DNA of 64,000 bases, taken from the NCBI GenBank assembly GCA_963751275.1, contig CAVVTZ010000005.1:32001-96000 (forward strand). Direction: 5' to 3'. Below are positions 12,033-23,054 of this stretch, one piece after another (within the stretch, counting starts at the first letter, position 1; every line of letters starts with the position of its first letter). The DNA comes from an uncultured Gemmatimonadaceae bacterium (GTDB lineage Bacteria > Gemmatimonadota > Gemmatimonadetes > Gemmatimonadales > Gemmatimonadaceae). Under the pieces are notes generated by a model. The model was not told where the DNA came from and made no database searches. It saw only the letters and a list, made by a program, of their open reading frames with translations. The position numbers and the translations under genes are program-made.

Positions 12033-13142
12033 TCAAGTGCGACGTTGCTTGAGGCGAGCGAGGGTAACTATCCGCCGCGCAATGTCCTCGGCCGCGTCGG
12101 GTCGCGCGCGGCGGCGCGCGGCGGCGGCGAGCGCACCGAGGCGCGAGGGGTCGGCCGAGAGCACGCCGACCTTGTTCGCGAGTCGGTCGAGCGTGAGTTC
12201 ATCCTGCGTGAGCACGACGCACGCGCCGGCGGCTTCGAGCGCGCGCGCGTTCGCGGTCTGGTGATCCGCCGCGGCGGTGGGCAGCGGGATAAGCACCGAC
12301 GGGATCCCCCACGCACAGAGTTCCGCGAGCGTGAGCGCGCCGGCGCGCGTGAGCGCGAGATCGGCCGCGGCGTACGCGTCGGCGATCGGAGCGAGATACG
12401 GACGCACCACGACGCTCGAGGAGGCGAGTTTCGCGTAGCGGTCATAGTCCGCCTTGCCCGTCGTCCAGATCACGCGGAGCGAGGCCGGGAGTCCGCGATC
12501 GATCCAACCAGCCATCGCGTCGTTGATCGCGCGCGCACCCTGGCTGCCGCCCACCACGAGCAGCACCGGCGGTCCGCTCTCGGGAAATCCCCACGCGCGG
12601 CGCGCGGCGGCGCGATCGGGGCGCGGCACCGGCGGCGGCTCGATGGGATTGCCGGTGTCCACGATCACGGAGGGATCGCTCACCTTGAGCGCGGCGGCGG
12701 CCTCGGGCACGCCGAGGAAGATCGCGCTCGCGCTGCGCGCGAAATACTTGGTGGTCATTCCCGGGGCGCTGTTCTGCTCCTGCAGCGCGATCGGGATGCG
12801 CCGCGAGCCGGCGAGGAAGAGCGCGGCGCCCGACGCGTAGCCGCCCGTGCCGACCACGACGTCCGGCGGATCCCGGAAGAACTCGCGGCTCAGCACGTTG
12901 CTCGAGGTGACGAGCCCGACGAGCGTCTTCCAATTCTCGAGGGGCTGCCGCCGGTAGAACGGGTGCAGGTCGAGCAGGAGGTACTCGTAGCCACTCGTGG
13001 GCAGGACATCCTTCTCGATGCCGCGCTGCGCGCCGATGAACAGCACGCGTGCACCGGGCTCGATGCGCACGAGCGCCTTCGCGATCGCGAGGCCGGGATA
13101 CAAATGCCCGCCGGTGCCGCCGCCGGCGAAGACGATGCGCAT
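12033..13142 (-). CDS. murG: Lipid I GlcNAc transferase MurG
   Basis: FAGGGTGGHLYP, GTGGYAS, EQNSAPG, GGSQGA, DHQTANA. Confidence 0.96.
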   Translation of the reverse strand: MRIVFAGGGTGGHLYPGLAIAKALVRIEPGARVLFIGAQRGIEKDVLPTSGYEYLLLDLHPFYRRQPLENWKTLVGLVTSSNVLSREFFRDPPDVVVGTGGYASGAALFLAGSRRIPIALQEQNSAPGMTTKYFARSASAIFLGVPEAAAALKVSDPSVIVDTGNPIEPPPVPRPDRAAARRAWGFPESGPPVLLVVGGSQGARAINDAMAGWIDRGLPASLRVIWTTGKADYDRYAKLASSSVVVRPYLAPIADAYAAADLALTRAGALTLAELCAWGIPSVLIPLPTAAADHQTANARALEAAGACVVLTQDELTLDRLANKVGVLSADPSRLGALAAAARRRARPDAAEDIARRIVTLARLKQRRT

Positions 13143-14320
13143 CAGCGCGCCACCGCGAGCGGATCGGTGGGCGGCCGCAGCGCGACGCGCTCGCGCGTGC
13201 TGCCGATGTTCACGAGGATCCCGGTCATGAGCATGGTGAGCACGAGATTCGTGCGGCCGTAGCTGACGAACGGGAGCGTCAGCCCGGTGGTCGGCAGCAG
13301 CCCGATCACCACGCCCAGATGCAGATACGCCGTGCTCACCGTGCAGAAGGTCATGCCCAGCGCGAGCAGTTGCTGGAAGGGCGTGCGCGCCTGCTTCGAG
13401 ATCCGGAAGCCGAGCCACGCGTAGAGCGCGAAGAGCGCCGTGACGCCGAAGAGACCGAGGAAGCCCCACTCCTCGCCAATGTTGCTGCCGATGAAGTCGT
13501 TGAAGGGGAACGGCAGGAAGCCGGTCTGCTGCTTCCCCTGCCCGAAGCCCACGCCGAAGAATCCGCCGGAGCCCACGGCGATCAGCGATTGCTTGAGCTG
13601 GTAGCTGGCCTCGGTGGGCGCCTTGCCGGGATCGAGGAAGGAGGTCATCCGCAGCAGCGCGTATTGCGCGCGCTCCACGAGCTTCCAGATGAGCGGCAGT
13701 GTGAGCGCGCCGAGCAGCAGCGCGTGGCCCAATCGCACGCCGCCGGCGAAGAGCACCACGCCCATGAGCAGCGCGAAGGTCATCACCATCGAGAGGTCGG
13801 GCTCGAGGATGACGAGAGCGCTCATCACGATGAGCACCACGACGAACGGGAGCAGCCCCGTGGTGAACCGCCGCAGCGCGTCCCCCTTCTTCACGACGAG
13901 CATCGCGGTCCACGCGATCACCGTGAACTTCGCGAACTCGGAGGGCTGGAAGGTGAGGCCGATGCGCAGCCAGCGGCGCGAGCCGTGGATCTTGGGCGCG
14001 ATGTATGGAATGCCGGGGATCACCGGGATGAGCAGCAACACGATGCTCAGTCCCAGCAGCGGCCACGCCCACCCGCGCCAGCGCTCGGCATCGGTCTTGG
14101 CGGCCAGCGCGAACGCGACGGTTCCGAGCCCCACGCCGCTGAGCTGGAGAAGGACATAGTAGGCGCTGCCATGCTTCTCGCTCACGGCCAGGAACTGGCT
14201 GGCGCTGTAGAGCACGGCCAGCCCGAAGGCGAGCAGCACCGCGCTCACGATCACCAGCGCGCGCGCCTCGACGCCCATGCGCCAGCGCTCGCGCGCCACG
14301 GGCGCCACGGGTGCGCTCAC
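13142..14320 (-). CDS. ftsW: SEDS peptidoglycan polymerase FtsW
   Basis: GSRRWL, FQPSEFAK, EPDL, YQLKQSLIAVGSGG, GLTLPFVSYG, multiple TM helices. Confidence 0.95.
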   Translation of the reverse strand: MSAPVAPVARERWRMGVEARALVIVSAVLLAFGLAVLYSASQFLAVSEKHGSAYYVLLQLSGVGLGTVAFALAAKTDAERWRGWAWPLLGLSIVLLLIPVIPGIPYIAPKIHGSRRWLRIGLTFQPSEFAKFTVIAWTAMLVVKKGDALRRFTTGLLPFVVVLIVMSALVILEPDLSMVMTFALLMGVVLFAGGVRLGHALLLGALTLPLIWKLVERAQYALLRMTSFLDPGKAPTEASYQLKQSLIAVGSGGFFGVGFGQGKQQTGFLPFPFNDFIGSNIGEEWGFLGLFGVTALFALYAWLGFRISKQARTPFQQLLALGMTFCTVSTAYLHLGVVIGLLPTTGLTLPFVSYGRTNLVLTMLMTGILVNIGSTRERVALRPPTDPLAVAR

Positions 14321-15691
14321 GCCGGTCTCGCCGCGAGGCGGCGGAACGCGTCGCCGCGCTGCAGATAGTTCTCGAACATGTCGTAGCTCGAGCAGGCCGG
14401 GCTGAGCAGCACCGCATCGCCCGGCGCCGCGAGCGCGCGCGCCCTCGCCATCACCGCCTCGAAATCGTTCGACATCAACTCCACGCGCACCGCGGCCTCG
14501 AGATCACGCACGATCTCCGGGCCCGCCTCGCCGTACGCGATCACGGCCTTCGCGTGACGCTGCAGCGGCTCGATGAGCGCGGTGTACGGTTCGCCCTTGT
14601 GCCGCCCGCCGAGCAGGACGATCGCGGGCCGCGTCATCCCCTCGATCGCGACCAGCGTCGAACTCACGTTCGTCGCCTTGGAGTCGTTGATCCACAGCAC
14701 GCCGCCGAACTCGCCCACGGTCTCGAGCCGGTGCGGCAGCGCGCGGAAGGAGCGCAGCCCCTCCGCGATCCGCCGGCGCGCGTCGGGCGAACGGTGCGCG
14801 TCGCTCAGGTCCATCACGCTCAGCGCCGCCGCGAGCGCGTTCGCCACGTTGTGATCGCCGAGGAGCGGCAGGTCGCGGCGCGCGAGCAGCGGCACGTCGC
14901 CCAGCACGAACAACTCGCCCGCGGCGCGGTCGTACCAGGCATCCTCCACGCTGTGCACCGAGAAGCAATGCACGTCACCGGACGGCCGCGCGCGGAACAT
15001 CGATTCCTTGTCGTCGGCGTTCAGGACGGTCTTGGAGGCGGCGTCGGAATTCCGGAAGAGCAGCAGCTTGTCGGCGTAGTAGTCCTCCACCGAGGCGTAC
15101 CGGTCGAGATGGTCGGGCGTGAGGTTCGTCAGCACGCCCACCGCCGGGCTTGATCGATGGCGTGTCGTGCAGCTGGAAGCTCGACATCTCGAGCACCATC
15201 ACCGACGGCGACTTCGGAGCCAGCGCGAGCGCGCACACGGCCGTGCCGATGTTCCCCGCCTCGACGGCGCCGGCTACGCCCACCGCGCGCAGCAGATGCG
15301 CGATGAGCGCGGTGGTGGTGGTCTTGCCGTTGGTGCCCGTGACCGCGACGTACGGGACGCCGGGCAGATAGCGCAGCCCGATCTCCACTTCGCTGACGAT
15401 CTCCACCCGGGCCTCTTGCGCGCGCGCGAGCGGCGGCGCATCCGGCGGGACGCCGGGCGATGCGACCACGACCGCCGCGCGCGCGATCCGGTCGAGATCG
15501 TGCCCGCCCGTGTCGACGGATACGCCGGCCGCGCGCAGCCGCGCCGCCGTGGCCTCGAGCGCCGCGCCCGTGCCGGCGTCCGACGCGTACACCCTGATCC
15601 CGTCGCGCGCCAGCAGCTCGGCGGCCGCCGCGCCGCTCTTCCCCAGCCCGATCACCGCCGTCTCCCCGGCGCGCCAGGCCGCGGGGATCAT
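14317..15691 (-). CDS. murD: UDP-MurNAc-L-Ala--D-Glu ligase (frameshift near 15145)
   Basis: GLGKSG, TGTNGKTTT, EMSSFQL, NLTPDHLDRY, NDSKATN, LLSPACSSYDMF. Confidence 0.94.
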
Positions 15692-16828
15692 CGCAGCTTC
15701 AGCGTGCTGAGCGCGATGAGCGCGCAGAGGATGCCGAGGATCCAGAACCGCACCACCACCTGCGACTCGCTCCACCCCTTCATCTCGAAGTGGTGATGCA
15801 CCGGCGCCCGCAGGAAGACGCGATGCGCACGGGCGTACTCCACCCCGTGTGCGCGCTTCCGCTGTTTGAACACCGCGCGCTGCAGGATCACCGAGACCGT
15901 TTCCGCCACGAACACGCCGCCGATCAGCACGAGCAGGAACTCCGACTTGAGGAGGATCGCCACGGCGCCGAGCGCGCCGCCGAGCGCGAGCGAGCCGGTG
16001 TCGCCCATGAAGATCTGCGCCGGATACGTGTTGTACCAGAGGAATCCGATGAGCCCGCCGATGATCGCGGCGCAGAACACGCTGAGCTCGCCGGCGCCCG
16101 GGAGATAGTAGATCTGCAGGTAGTGGCTCGTGTCCGAGCGGCCGATCACGTACGCGAACAGCCCGAAGGTCGCGAAGGCGATCGCCGAGAGGCCGGCGGC
16201 AAGGCCGTCGAGCCCGTCGGTGAGATTCACCGCGTTGCTCACGCCGGTCAGCACGAAGGCGACCCACGGCACGTACATCCACGCGAGCAGCGGCACCACG
16301 AGCACGTACTTGTAGAACGGCAGCGTGGTCGAGGCGCCGGGCAGATTCGACAGCGGATCGAGCCAGAGCCACGCGCCCAGCGCGATGCCGATCGCGACCT
16401 GCCCGAACAGCTTGTAGCGCTCGATGAGCCCCTGGTTCTTCTTCCCTTCGCGCTGCTGCCGCAGCTTGAGATAGTCGTCGGTGAACCCGATCGCGCCCAT
16501 CCACGCCGTGACGGCGATCGCGATCCAGACGTAGCGGTTGCTCGGGCCGCGCCCAGAGCACGGTGCCGAGCAGCGCGGAGACCAGGATGATCACGCCGCC
16601 CATCGTCGGCGTGTTGCCTTTGCTCTGATGCGAGTCGGGCGTTCCTTCGCGCACGCCCTGGTTCACCTTCATCGCGCGCAGCCGCGCGATGACCGCCGGA
16701 CCGATCAGGAACGCGATGAGCAGGCCGGTCATCGCCGCACCGGCGCTCCGGAACGTGATGTAGTTGAAGACGTTGAACACGCCGCAGTAGCGGCACGCGC
16801 CGGTGAGCTGCGTCAGGTAGTAGAGCAC
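15688..16828 (-). CDS. mraY: Phospho-MurNAc-pentapeptide transferase (frameshift near 16545)
   Basis: TPTMGG, GFTDDY, NAVNLTDGLDGL, FMGDTGSL, APVHHHFE. Confidence 0.95.
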
Positions 16829-18198
16829 TAGCGCACGGACCAGGCGTTGAGTTGCGGGAGGAGGCGTTCGAGCTGCACGCCGCGCGACGCTTTGAGAAGG
16901 ATAACCGCATCGCGCTGGAGGCGCGGCTCCAGCGCCGGCCAGAGGTCATCCACGTCGCGCGCGACCACCACCCGCGGGTCACCGCGCGCGGCGTCCCCGA
17001 GCGCCGCGCCGAGCTCGCCGATCCCGGCGATCAGCTCGGCATCGGAGGCGAGCGCGTAGCGGGCGACCTCGTCGTGCAGGCGTGCCGCGTGCGTGCCGAG
17101 CTCGCGCATGCCGCCGAGCACCGCCACGCGCTGGCGGCCGCCGCCGGCTTCCGCGAGCAGATCGAGCGCCGCGCGCATCGAGGCGGGGCTCGCGTTGTAC
17201 GCATCGTTGATCAGCGTCGCCTTGCCCAGCGCCTCCCACGACACGCGCATCTTCGAGAGCGTCGCGCCGGCCATGCCGCGCGCCGCATCCGCCGCGCTCA
17301 CGCCGCACTCGCGCGCGGCGGCGAGCGCGAGCATCGCGTTGCGCAGGTTGTGCGCGCCGCGCGCCGGCGGCCGCACGGTGGCGCCCTCGAACTCGATCTC
17401 GCCGAGTCCGCCGGCGCCCAGCGACCATCGCGTCGCGCGCACGTCGCCGCCGTCGAGCCCCGCCTGGATCACGCGGCGCACCCGGCCCTTCGCCGCGGCC
17501 GCGACCTCCGGCTGCGAGGCGGGCGTCACCGCGATCGCGGCGCCGTCGAGGATCGCGCTCTCCTCGCGCATCACGCCATCCAGACTGCCCAGTCCCTCGA
17601 GGTGCTCCTCGTCCACGCACGTCACGATCGCGAGGTCGGGCGCGGCGATCGCGCGCAGCCGCGCGATCTCCCCCGGCACGTTCATGCCCATCTCGATCAC
17701 CGCCACATCGCACTGGTCGGGCATCGCGAGCAGCGTGAGCGGCACGCCGATGAGATTGTTGAGGTTCCCGCTCGTGGCGTGCACCTCGAGCCGCGCACCG
17801 AGCGCGGCGGCGAGCAGGTCCTTCGTGGTCGTCTTCCCGGCGGAGCCGCCGACGCCGATCACGGGCCCGCCCCACGCGCGCCGGCGGAAATGCGCCAGCG
17901 CACCGAGCGCGGCGAGCGTGTCGCGCACCGCGAACACGGGCACGCCGAGGTGGCGCGTGAGCACGGGCCGGTCCACGACCACCGCCGCCGCCCCGGATGC
18001 GACCGCGCTCGCGAGGAAGTCGTGCGCGTCGAAGCGCTCGCCGCGCAGCGCCACGAAACAGTCGCCCGGCTGCAGCGCACGCGTGTCGGTGGTGATCGCG
18101 CGGACCGGCGCATGCCCCGCGGGCCGCGCTCCCGTGAGCTCCCGCGCCAGCGCCGCACCCACCCGGTCGAGCGTCCAGAACCCGACCGGAACGGTCAC
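16828..18198 (-). CDS. murF: UDP-MurNAc-tripeptide--D-Ala-D-Ala ligase
   Basis: GERFDAHDF, GSAGKTTTK, NLNNLIGVP, NDAYNASP, LLKASRG. Confidence 0.95.
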   Translation of the reverse strand: MTVPVGFWTLDRVGAALARELTGARPAGHAPVRAITTDTRALQPGDCFVALRGERFDAHDFLASAVASGAAAVVVDRPVLTRHLGVPVFAVRDTLAALGALAHFRRRAWGGPVIGVGGSAGKTTTKDLLAAALGARLEVHATSGNLNNLIGVPLTLLAMPDQCDVAVIEMGMNVPGEIARLRAIAAPDLAIVTCVDEEHLEGLGSLDGVMREESAILDGAAIAVTPASQPEVAAAAKGRVRRVIQAGLDGGDVRATRWSLGAGGLGEIEFEGATVRPPARGAHNLRNAMLALAAARECGVSAADAARGMAGATLSKMRVSWEALGKATLINDAYNASPASMRAALDLLAEAGGGRQRVAVLGGMRELGTHAARLHDEVARYALASDAELIAGIGELGAALGDAARGDPRVVVARDVDDLWPALEPRLQRDAVILLKASRGVQLERLLPQLNAWSVR

Positions 18199-19664
18199 GC
18201 GACGGCTCCGGTCAGCTCCGCGACGATCGCCTTCTCGTCGAAGGGAAGACGCGCGGCGCCGCGGACCTGGTAGGTCTCGTGTCCCTTCCCCGCGAGCAGG
18301 ATCACGTCGTCGTTCGCGCGGGCGATCTCGAGCGCGCGCGCGATCGCGAGGCGCCGGTCCTCGAGGCGCTCGTGATTGTCCTTGCGCATCCCACGCTCGA
18401 TGTCATCGAGGATCTCGTCGGGATCCTCGGTGCGCGGATTGTCGCTCGTGAGGATCGCGAAGTCCGCGCACCGCTCGGCGATCGCGCCCATGAGCGGGCG
18501 CTTGCCGCGGTCGCGGTCGCCGCCGCATCCGAAGACGACGATCAGCTTCTTGCGCGTGAACGGGCGCACCGCCGCCAGCGCACGTTCGAGCGCATCGGGC
18601 GTATGCGCGTAGTCGCGCAGCACGGTCGGGCACTCGTGGATCACCTCGAGGCGCCCCGGCACCTGCGGCACCGTGCGCAGCCGCGCCGCGATCGCGCTGA
18701 ACGTGAGGCCGAGATGCCACGCCGCACCGGCCGCGGCGAGCGCGTTGCGCACGTTGAAGTCGCCGATGAGCGGCAGACGCAGCGCGTGACGCTGCGTGCC
18801 CGCGCAGAGGCGCCATTCGCTGCCGCGCGGCTGGTAGTGCACCGCCTCGGCGCGCACCGTCGCCACGGGATTCAGCCCGAAGGTGATCAGGCACGGCGCC
18901 GGCGGCAGATGCTCCCACGCCGGATCGTCGATGTTGATCACCGCCGCGCCGCGCGGCGTGAGGTACTCGATGAGCCGCGCCTTCGCCGCGAAGTACGCTT
19001 CCATCGTCGCGTGATAATCGAGATGGTCGCGCGTGAGATTCGTGAACACCGCGGCCTCGAACTTGAGCCCATCGATGCGGCGCTGGTCGAGCGAGTGCGA
19101 CGAGACCTCCATCGCGACCGACCGCACGCCCTGGTCCACGAGGGAGCGCAGCACGCGCTGCAGCTCCACCGGTCCGGGCGTGGTGAGTCCCGCGCCGCCT
19201 TCCACGGGCGTGCCCGCGCTGCCGAGGAGCACGCCCAGCGTGCCGATCGACGCGGAGCGCGCGCCGGGCGCATCGAGCAGGTGCCGGAGGATCCCGACCG
19301 TGGTGGTCTTGCCGTTCGTGCCGGTGACCGCCGCGATGCGCAGCGCGTTCGCCGGCTCCTCGAACGCCGCGGCCGCCGCGATCGCCGCGGCCCGCCGTCC
19401 CTCGCGCACCACGATCGACGGCAACGCGGTGCGTCCCGCCTGCTCCACGATCACGGCCGACGCGCCGCGGCCGGCCGCGTCCTCGAGGTACTCGTGGCCA
19501 TCCTGCATCGAGCCGCGTACCGCAATGAACATCGAGCCGGTCGTCACCGCGCGGCTGTCATCGGTGATGTCCCCCGCGCGTTCCGGGAGCGCGCCCGTGA
19601 TCTCGACGAGCAGGCCGGCTCGCTTGAGCGCGTCGGCCACGCGCGCCATGGGGAACGGCTTCAC
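18195..19664 (-). CDS. murE: UDP-MurNAc-dipeptide--meso-DAP ligase
   Basis: TGTNGKTT, MEVSSH, NLTRDHLDYH, DYAHTPDA, SDNPR (DAP-specific motif), AGKGHE. Confidence 0.95.
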   Translation of the reverse strand: MKPFPMARVADALKRAGLLVEITGALPERAGDITDDSRAVTTGSMFIAVRGSMQDGHEYLEDAAGRGASAVIVEQAGRTALPSIVVREGRRAAAIAAAAAFEEPANALRIAAVTGTNGKTTTVGILRHLLDAPGARSASIGTLGVLLGSAGTPVEGGAGLTTPGPVELQRVLRSLVDQGVRSVAMEVSSHSLDQRRIDGLKFEAAVFTNLTRDHLDYHATMEAYFAAKARLIEYLTPRGAAVINIDDPAWEHLPPAPCLITFGLNPVATVRAEAVHYQPRGSEWRLCAGTQRHALRLPLIGDFNVRNALAAAGAAWHLGLTFSAIAARLRTVPQVPGRLEVIHECPTVLRDYAHTPDALERALAAVRPFTRKKLIVVFGCGGDRDRGKRPLMGAIAERCADFAILTSDNPRTEDPDEILDDIERGMRKDNHERLEDRRLAIARALEIARANDDVILLAGKGHETYQVRGAARLPFDEKAIVAELTGAVA

Positions 19665-21667
19665 GGCGCGCTCTCCAGCCGCACGAGCGTGCCCGCCTTG
19701 AGCGCGACGCCCGCAGCGGGCACCGTCCCCGACGCCGCGACGCCGACGCCTCCGACCTGCACCCGGAATCCGGCGCGATGGAGCATCAACACCGCGGCGC
19801 GCAGATTCAGGCCCCGGACGGCCGGCACCGCGTGCACGCCGAGCGCCGGGCCGCTCGCCTGAGCGACGGTGCCGACGTCGAAGCTCACGGAGGGATCGCT
19901 CCGCGTTCCGGGCGCCTCGCTCGGCGCCGCGGGCGGCGCGTCGGTGTCATTCGCGGTGGCGAGGGCCGAGGCACCCGGAACGAGGCGCGCATCGACCGGG
20001 GCGAGCGATTCCGCCGCCAAGGCATTCCGGTCCAGCGACGCATCGCGCGAGGCGAGCGCCGCTTCGATCACCAGCTTCGACACGGGCGCCGCCGCCCGGC
20101 CGCCGAAATACTGCCGCGGCGGATCGTCGAGCTTCACCAGCATCACGTACTGCGGATGCTCGGCGGGGAAGAGCGCGACGAACGACGCCGTGTAGTGTCC
20201 CGCGGTGTAGCCGTTGTGCGTGCCCGGCGCCGCGCGGCGCGACGTGCCGCTCTTGCCCGCGATCTGGAAGCCGCGGATCGCCGCGCTCATGCCGGTGCCG
20301 AGGTCCACCACGTCCACCATCATGCTCCGCACCTGGGCCGCGGACGCGGCGTCGATCACGCGGCGCACGACGCGCCGCTGGTGGCGGTAGAGCACCGTGC
20401 CGTCGGGCGCGCGGATCTCCTTCACCAAGGCCGGCTCGAGGAGCTCGCCGCCGTTCGCGATCGGCACGTAGGCCGCCGCGAGTTGCAGCGGCGTGACCGC
20501 CACCTCGTAGCCCATCGCGAGCGACTGCGGCGATTGACGGGACCATGCCGCCGGTGCGCGCAGTGTGCCCGGCGCCTCCGAGGGGAACGGCACCCCGGTC
20601 ACGGTGCCGAAGCCGAAATCGCGCAGCGCGCCGTATTCCTCGTGCACGGAGAAGCGCGACGCGAACTTCCCGATGCCGATGTTGCTGGACCACTTGATCA
20701 CCTCGCGCAGGCTCAACGACGCCGCGGGATGCTCGTCGGTGATCGTGCGGCCGGCGACGGTCCACTTGCCGCCCTCGGTATTCACGCGGTCGTCGGGCTG
20801 AGCGCGTCCGGCGGTGAGCAGCGACGCCGCGATGAGCGGCTTGAGCGTCGAGCCCGGCTCGAAGGGCTCGGTGAGGGCGGGGCTGCCGGCCGAGCGCGGA
20901 TCGCGCCGGCGGCTCGCCATCGCGCGGATCTCGCCGTCCTCGGGATCGAGCACCACCAGGTCGCCGCCGCTCGCGCCGCTCGCCGACACGGCGGAGTCGA
21001 GCGCGCGCTGGGCGATCTCCTGCAGCTCTTCGTTGATCGTGAGCACCACCACATCGCCCGCGCGCGGCGGCAGCGCGGTATCGCCGGCGAGCACGAAGCG
21101 GCCGCCGCGCGTGAGCCGCTCGAGCGTCGCGCGGCCCGGCGTGCCGTGCAGCACCGTGTCGAGCGCGAGCTCCAGGCCATCCACCGGCGCGCCGGCGCCG
21201 TCGACCACGCCCACCACGCGGCGCGTCGCCTCATGCTCCGTGTACACGCGCTCGAGCGCGGGCTCGGCGTACACCCCGCGCATCGCGATGAACTTCGCGG
21301 CGGAAGCCGGCGCGTAGAGACCGGGGAACTGCACCCAGGCGAGCGCGGTGTCGAGGGCGCGGCGCATCACGTCGCGCGGCACGCCCATCCGGTTCATGGC
21401 GATCATCGCGCTGTCGGCGTGCACGATCTCGCGCGGCGCGACGGCGATGCGCACCGAACTCCGGGTCACGGCGAGGGGGCGGCCGCGCGCATCGAAGATG
21501 TCGCCGCGCCGCGCGGGCAGGTCCACCGGCTTCAGATGCTGGGCGTCGGAGCGCGCCTCCCAGAGTCCCCCCTGCCACAGTTGCACTTGTCCCGCGCGCC
21601 CGACGAGCGCGATCGCAAAGAGGACAAGGAGCGCATGCAACAGCGCGAGGCGGCTGGGGCGAAGCAT
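19661..21667 (-). CDS. ftsI: Class B penicillin-binding protein with C-terminal PASTA-like domain
   Basis: RGDIFD dimerisation motif, STLK (SxxK), SSN (SxN), KSGT. Position in the dcw cluster. Confidence 0.92.
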   Translation of the reverse strand: MLRPSRLALLHALLVLFAIALVGRAGQVQLWQGGLWEARSDAQHLKPVDLPARRGDIFDARGRPLAVTRSSVRIAVAPREIVHADSAMIAMNRMGVPRDVMRRALDTALAWVQFPGLYAPASAAKFIAMRGVYAEPALERVYTEHEATRRVVGVVDGAGAPVDGLELALDTVLHGTPGRATLERLTRGGRFVLAGDTALPPRAGDVVVLTINEELQEIAQRALDSAVSASGASGGDLVVLDPEDGEIRAMASRRRDPRSAGSPALTEPFEPGSTLKPLIAASLLTAGRAQPDDRVNTEGGKWTVAGRTITDEHPAASLSLREVIKWSSNIGIGKFASRFSVHEEYGALRDFGFGTVTGVPFPSEAPGTLRAPAAWSRQSPQSLAMGYEVAVTPLQLAAAYVPIANGGELLEPALVKEIRAPDGTVLYRHQRRVVRRVIDAASAAQVRSMMVDVVDLGTGMSAAIRGFQIAGKSGTSRRAAPGTHNGYTAGHYTASFVALFPAEHPQYVMLVKLDDPPRQYFGGRAAAPVSKLVIEAALASRDASLDRNALAAESLAPVDARLVPGASALATANDTDAPPAAPSEAPGTRSDPSVSFDVGTVAQASGPALGVHAVPAVRGLNLRAAVLMLHRAGFRVQVGGVGVAASGTVPAAGVALKAGTLVRLESAP

Positions 21668-22042
21668 CTAGGGCGTGCGCGGCGTCCGGCGAAGGATGAC
21701 GAGCTCGGTGTCGTTCGGAACGTGCATGTGGAGGCGGCTCTCAGCGACCGGCGCCAGCTTCGCCCTGCTCGAGAGGTCCCGAATGTCGCTCTCGAGCTGC
21801 GAACGCTGCGCATCGAGCTGCGTGCGCCGGGCTTCCAGCGCCTGTAGTTCGACCGCCTGCGCGCGGCCCACTGCCCTCCTCCAAATGACGCCCAACGACA
21901 GCAGGAGGAAACCGAGGATGAGCAGCGCGACCCACGTCCGTCCGCGCGGCGCCCGTCCTCCGGCGCGGCGCCGTTTCCCGGTGCGGGACGGCTCTCCCCG
22001 TGGCGGCGTCGCGCCGCCCCCTGCTACTCGGCCTTTCGCCAT
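21668..22042 (-). CDS. ftsL: Cell division protein FtsL
   Basis: Basic N-tail, one TM helix and a leucine-zipper coiled coil. Lies between rsmH and ftsI. Confidence 0.8.
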   Translation of the reverse strand: MAKGRVAGGGATPPRGEPSRTGKRRRAGGRAPRGRTWVALLILGFLLLSLGVIWRRAVGRAQAVELQALEARRTQLDAQRSQLESDIRDLSSRAKLAPVAESRLHMHVPNDTELVILRRTPRTP

Positions 22043-22974
22043 GCGCGGAGCCGCGCGCTCCGGGCGCGCGGGTTGCCTGCAATCTCGAGTGCGTCCGCCA
22101 CCGCGGCTTTTCGCGTGAGCGTCGTGCCGAGCGCATGCCCGCGGCAGGTGCACACCGGCTGCCGCGGCGGACAGACGCACGCCGCGCTCCACTGGCGGAA
22201 GCCGTGCTTCACGAGCCGGTCCTCCCCCGAGTGGTAGCTAATGACCACCAGTGTCCCTCCCGGCAGCAACTGGTCGCGCAGCATGGGCAGCGCGGTCTCG
22301 AGCCCGGCGAGCTCGTCATTCACCGCGATCCGCACGGCCTGGAAGAGGCGTGCGAAGTCCGGTGGTCCGGTGCGCGGACCGAGCGCACCGCGGATCGCGC
22401 CCACGAGATCGTCGCTCGTCGCATACGGGCGCGTGGCGCGGCGGCGGATGATCTCGCGCGCCAGCCGGCCGGCGCGCGGCTCGTCGGCGTAGTCGCGGAA
22501 GGCGTGCGTGAGTTCCGCTTCATCGGCGCGGTCGAGCCACGCGGCGGCGGTCTCGGCGCTGTCGTCTCCCATGCGCATGTCGAGGGGCGCGCCTTCGCGG
22601 AAGGAGAAGCCGCGCGCGCCGTCGTCGAGCTGGTGCGACGAGACGCCGAGGTCCAGCAGGATCCCGTCGAATCCATCGCCCGCCGCCGCGGCGACGGCGC
22701 GCTCGTCGGAGAAGTTCGCGAGCACGGCGTCGAAAGCGCCGCTCCGTTCATAGGCGGCGAGGCGCTCGCGCGCCACGGCGATCGCGCGCGGATCGCGGTC
22801 GAACCCGGTGACGCGCGCGCCGCGCTCGAGCAGGGCGAGCGCGTGCCCGCCCCCGCCGAGCGTGCCGTCGAGGACGCGGCGCGCTCCGGAGAGGTGCTCC
22901 ACGACCGTGGCCGCGAGCACCGGGGCGTGGTACCCGCTCGCCCACTCGGATCGTGCCGCCGGCGCACCGCTCAT
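22024..22974 (-). CDS. rsmH: 16S rRNA m4C1402 methyltransferase
   Basis: HAPVL, DGTLGGGGH, DLGVSSHQLD, PLDMRM, SYHSGEDR, NPRARSARLR. Confidence 0.97.
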   Translation of the reverse strand: MSGAPAARSEWASGYHAPVLAATVVEHLSGARRVLDGTLGGGGHALALLERGARVTGFDRDPRAIAVARERLAAYERSGAFDAVLANFSDERAVAAAAGDGFDGILLDLGVSSHQLDDGARGFSFREGAPLDMRMGDDSAETAAAWLDRADEAELTHAFRDYADEPRAGRLAREIIRRRATRPYATSDDLVGAIRGALGPRTGPPDFARLFQAVRIAVNDELAGLETALPMLRDQLLPGGTLVVISYHSGEDRLVKHGFRQWSAACVCPPRQPVCTCRGHALGTTLTRKAAVADALEIAGNPRARSARLRAWRKAE

Positions 22975-23000
22975 TCAGGACCTCGCTGTGGCGCAAACGA

Positions 23001-23031
23001 CGAGCGCCCGCCGGAACCCGGCGGGCGCTCG
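23001..23031 (-). terminator. 14-bp GC hairpin between the TPR gene and rsmH (terminator-like, weak U-tract)
   Basis: CGAGCGCCCGCCGG-AAC-CCGGCGGGCGCTCG perfect stem, followed on the minus strand by TCGTTT. Confidence 0.45.
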
Positions 23032-23054
23032 CGCGTCGGGCCCAGCGGCGTCCG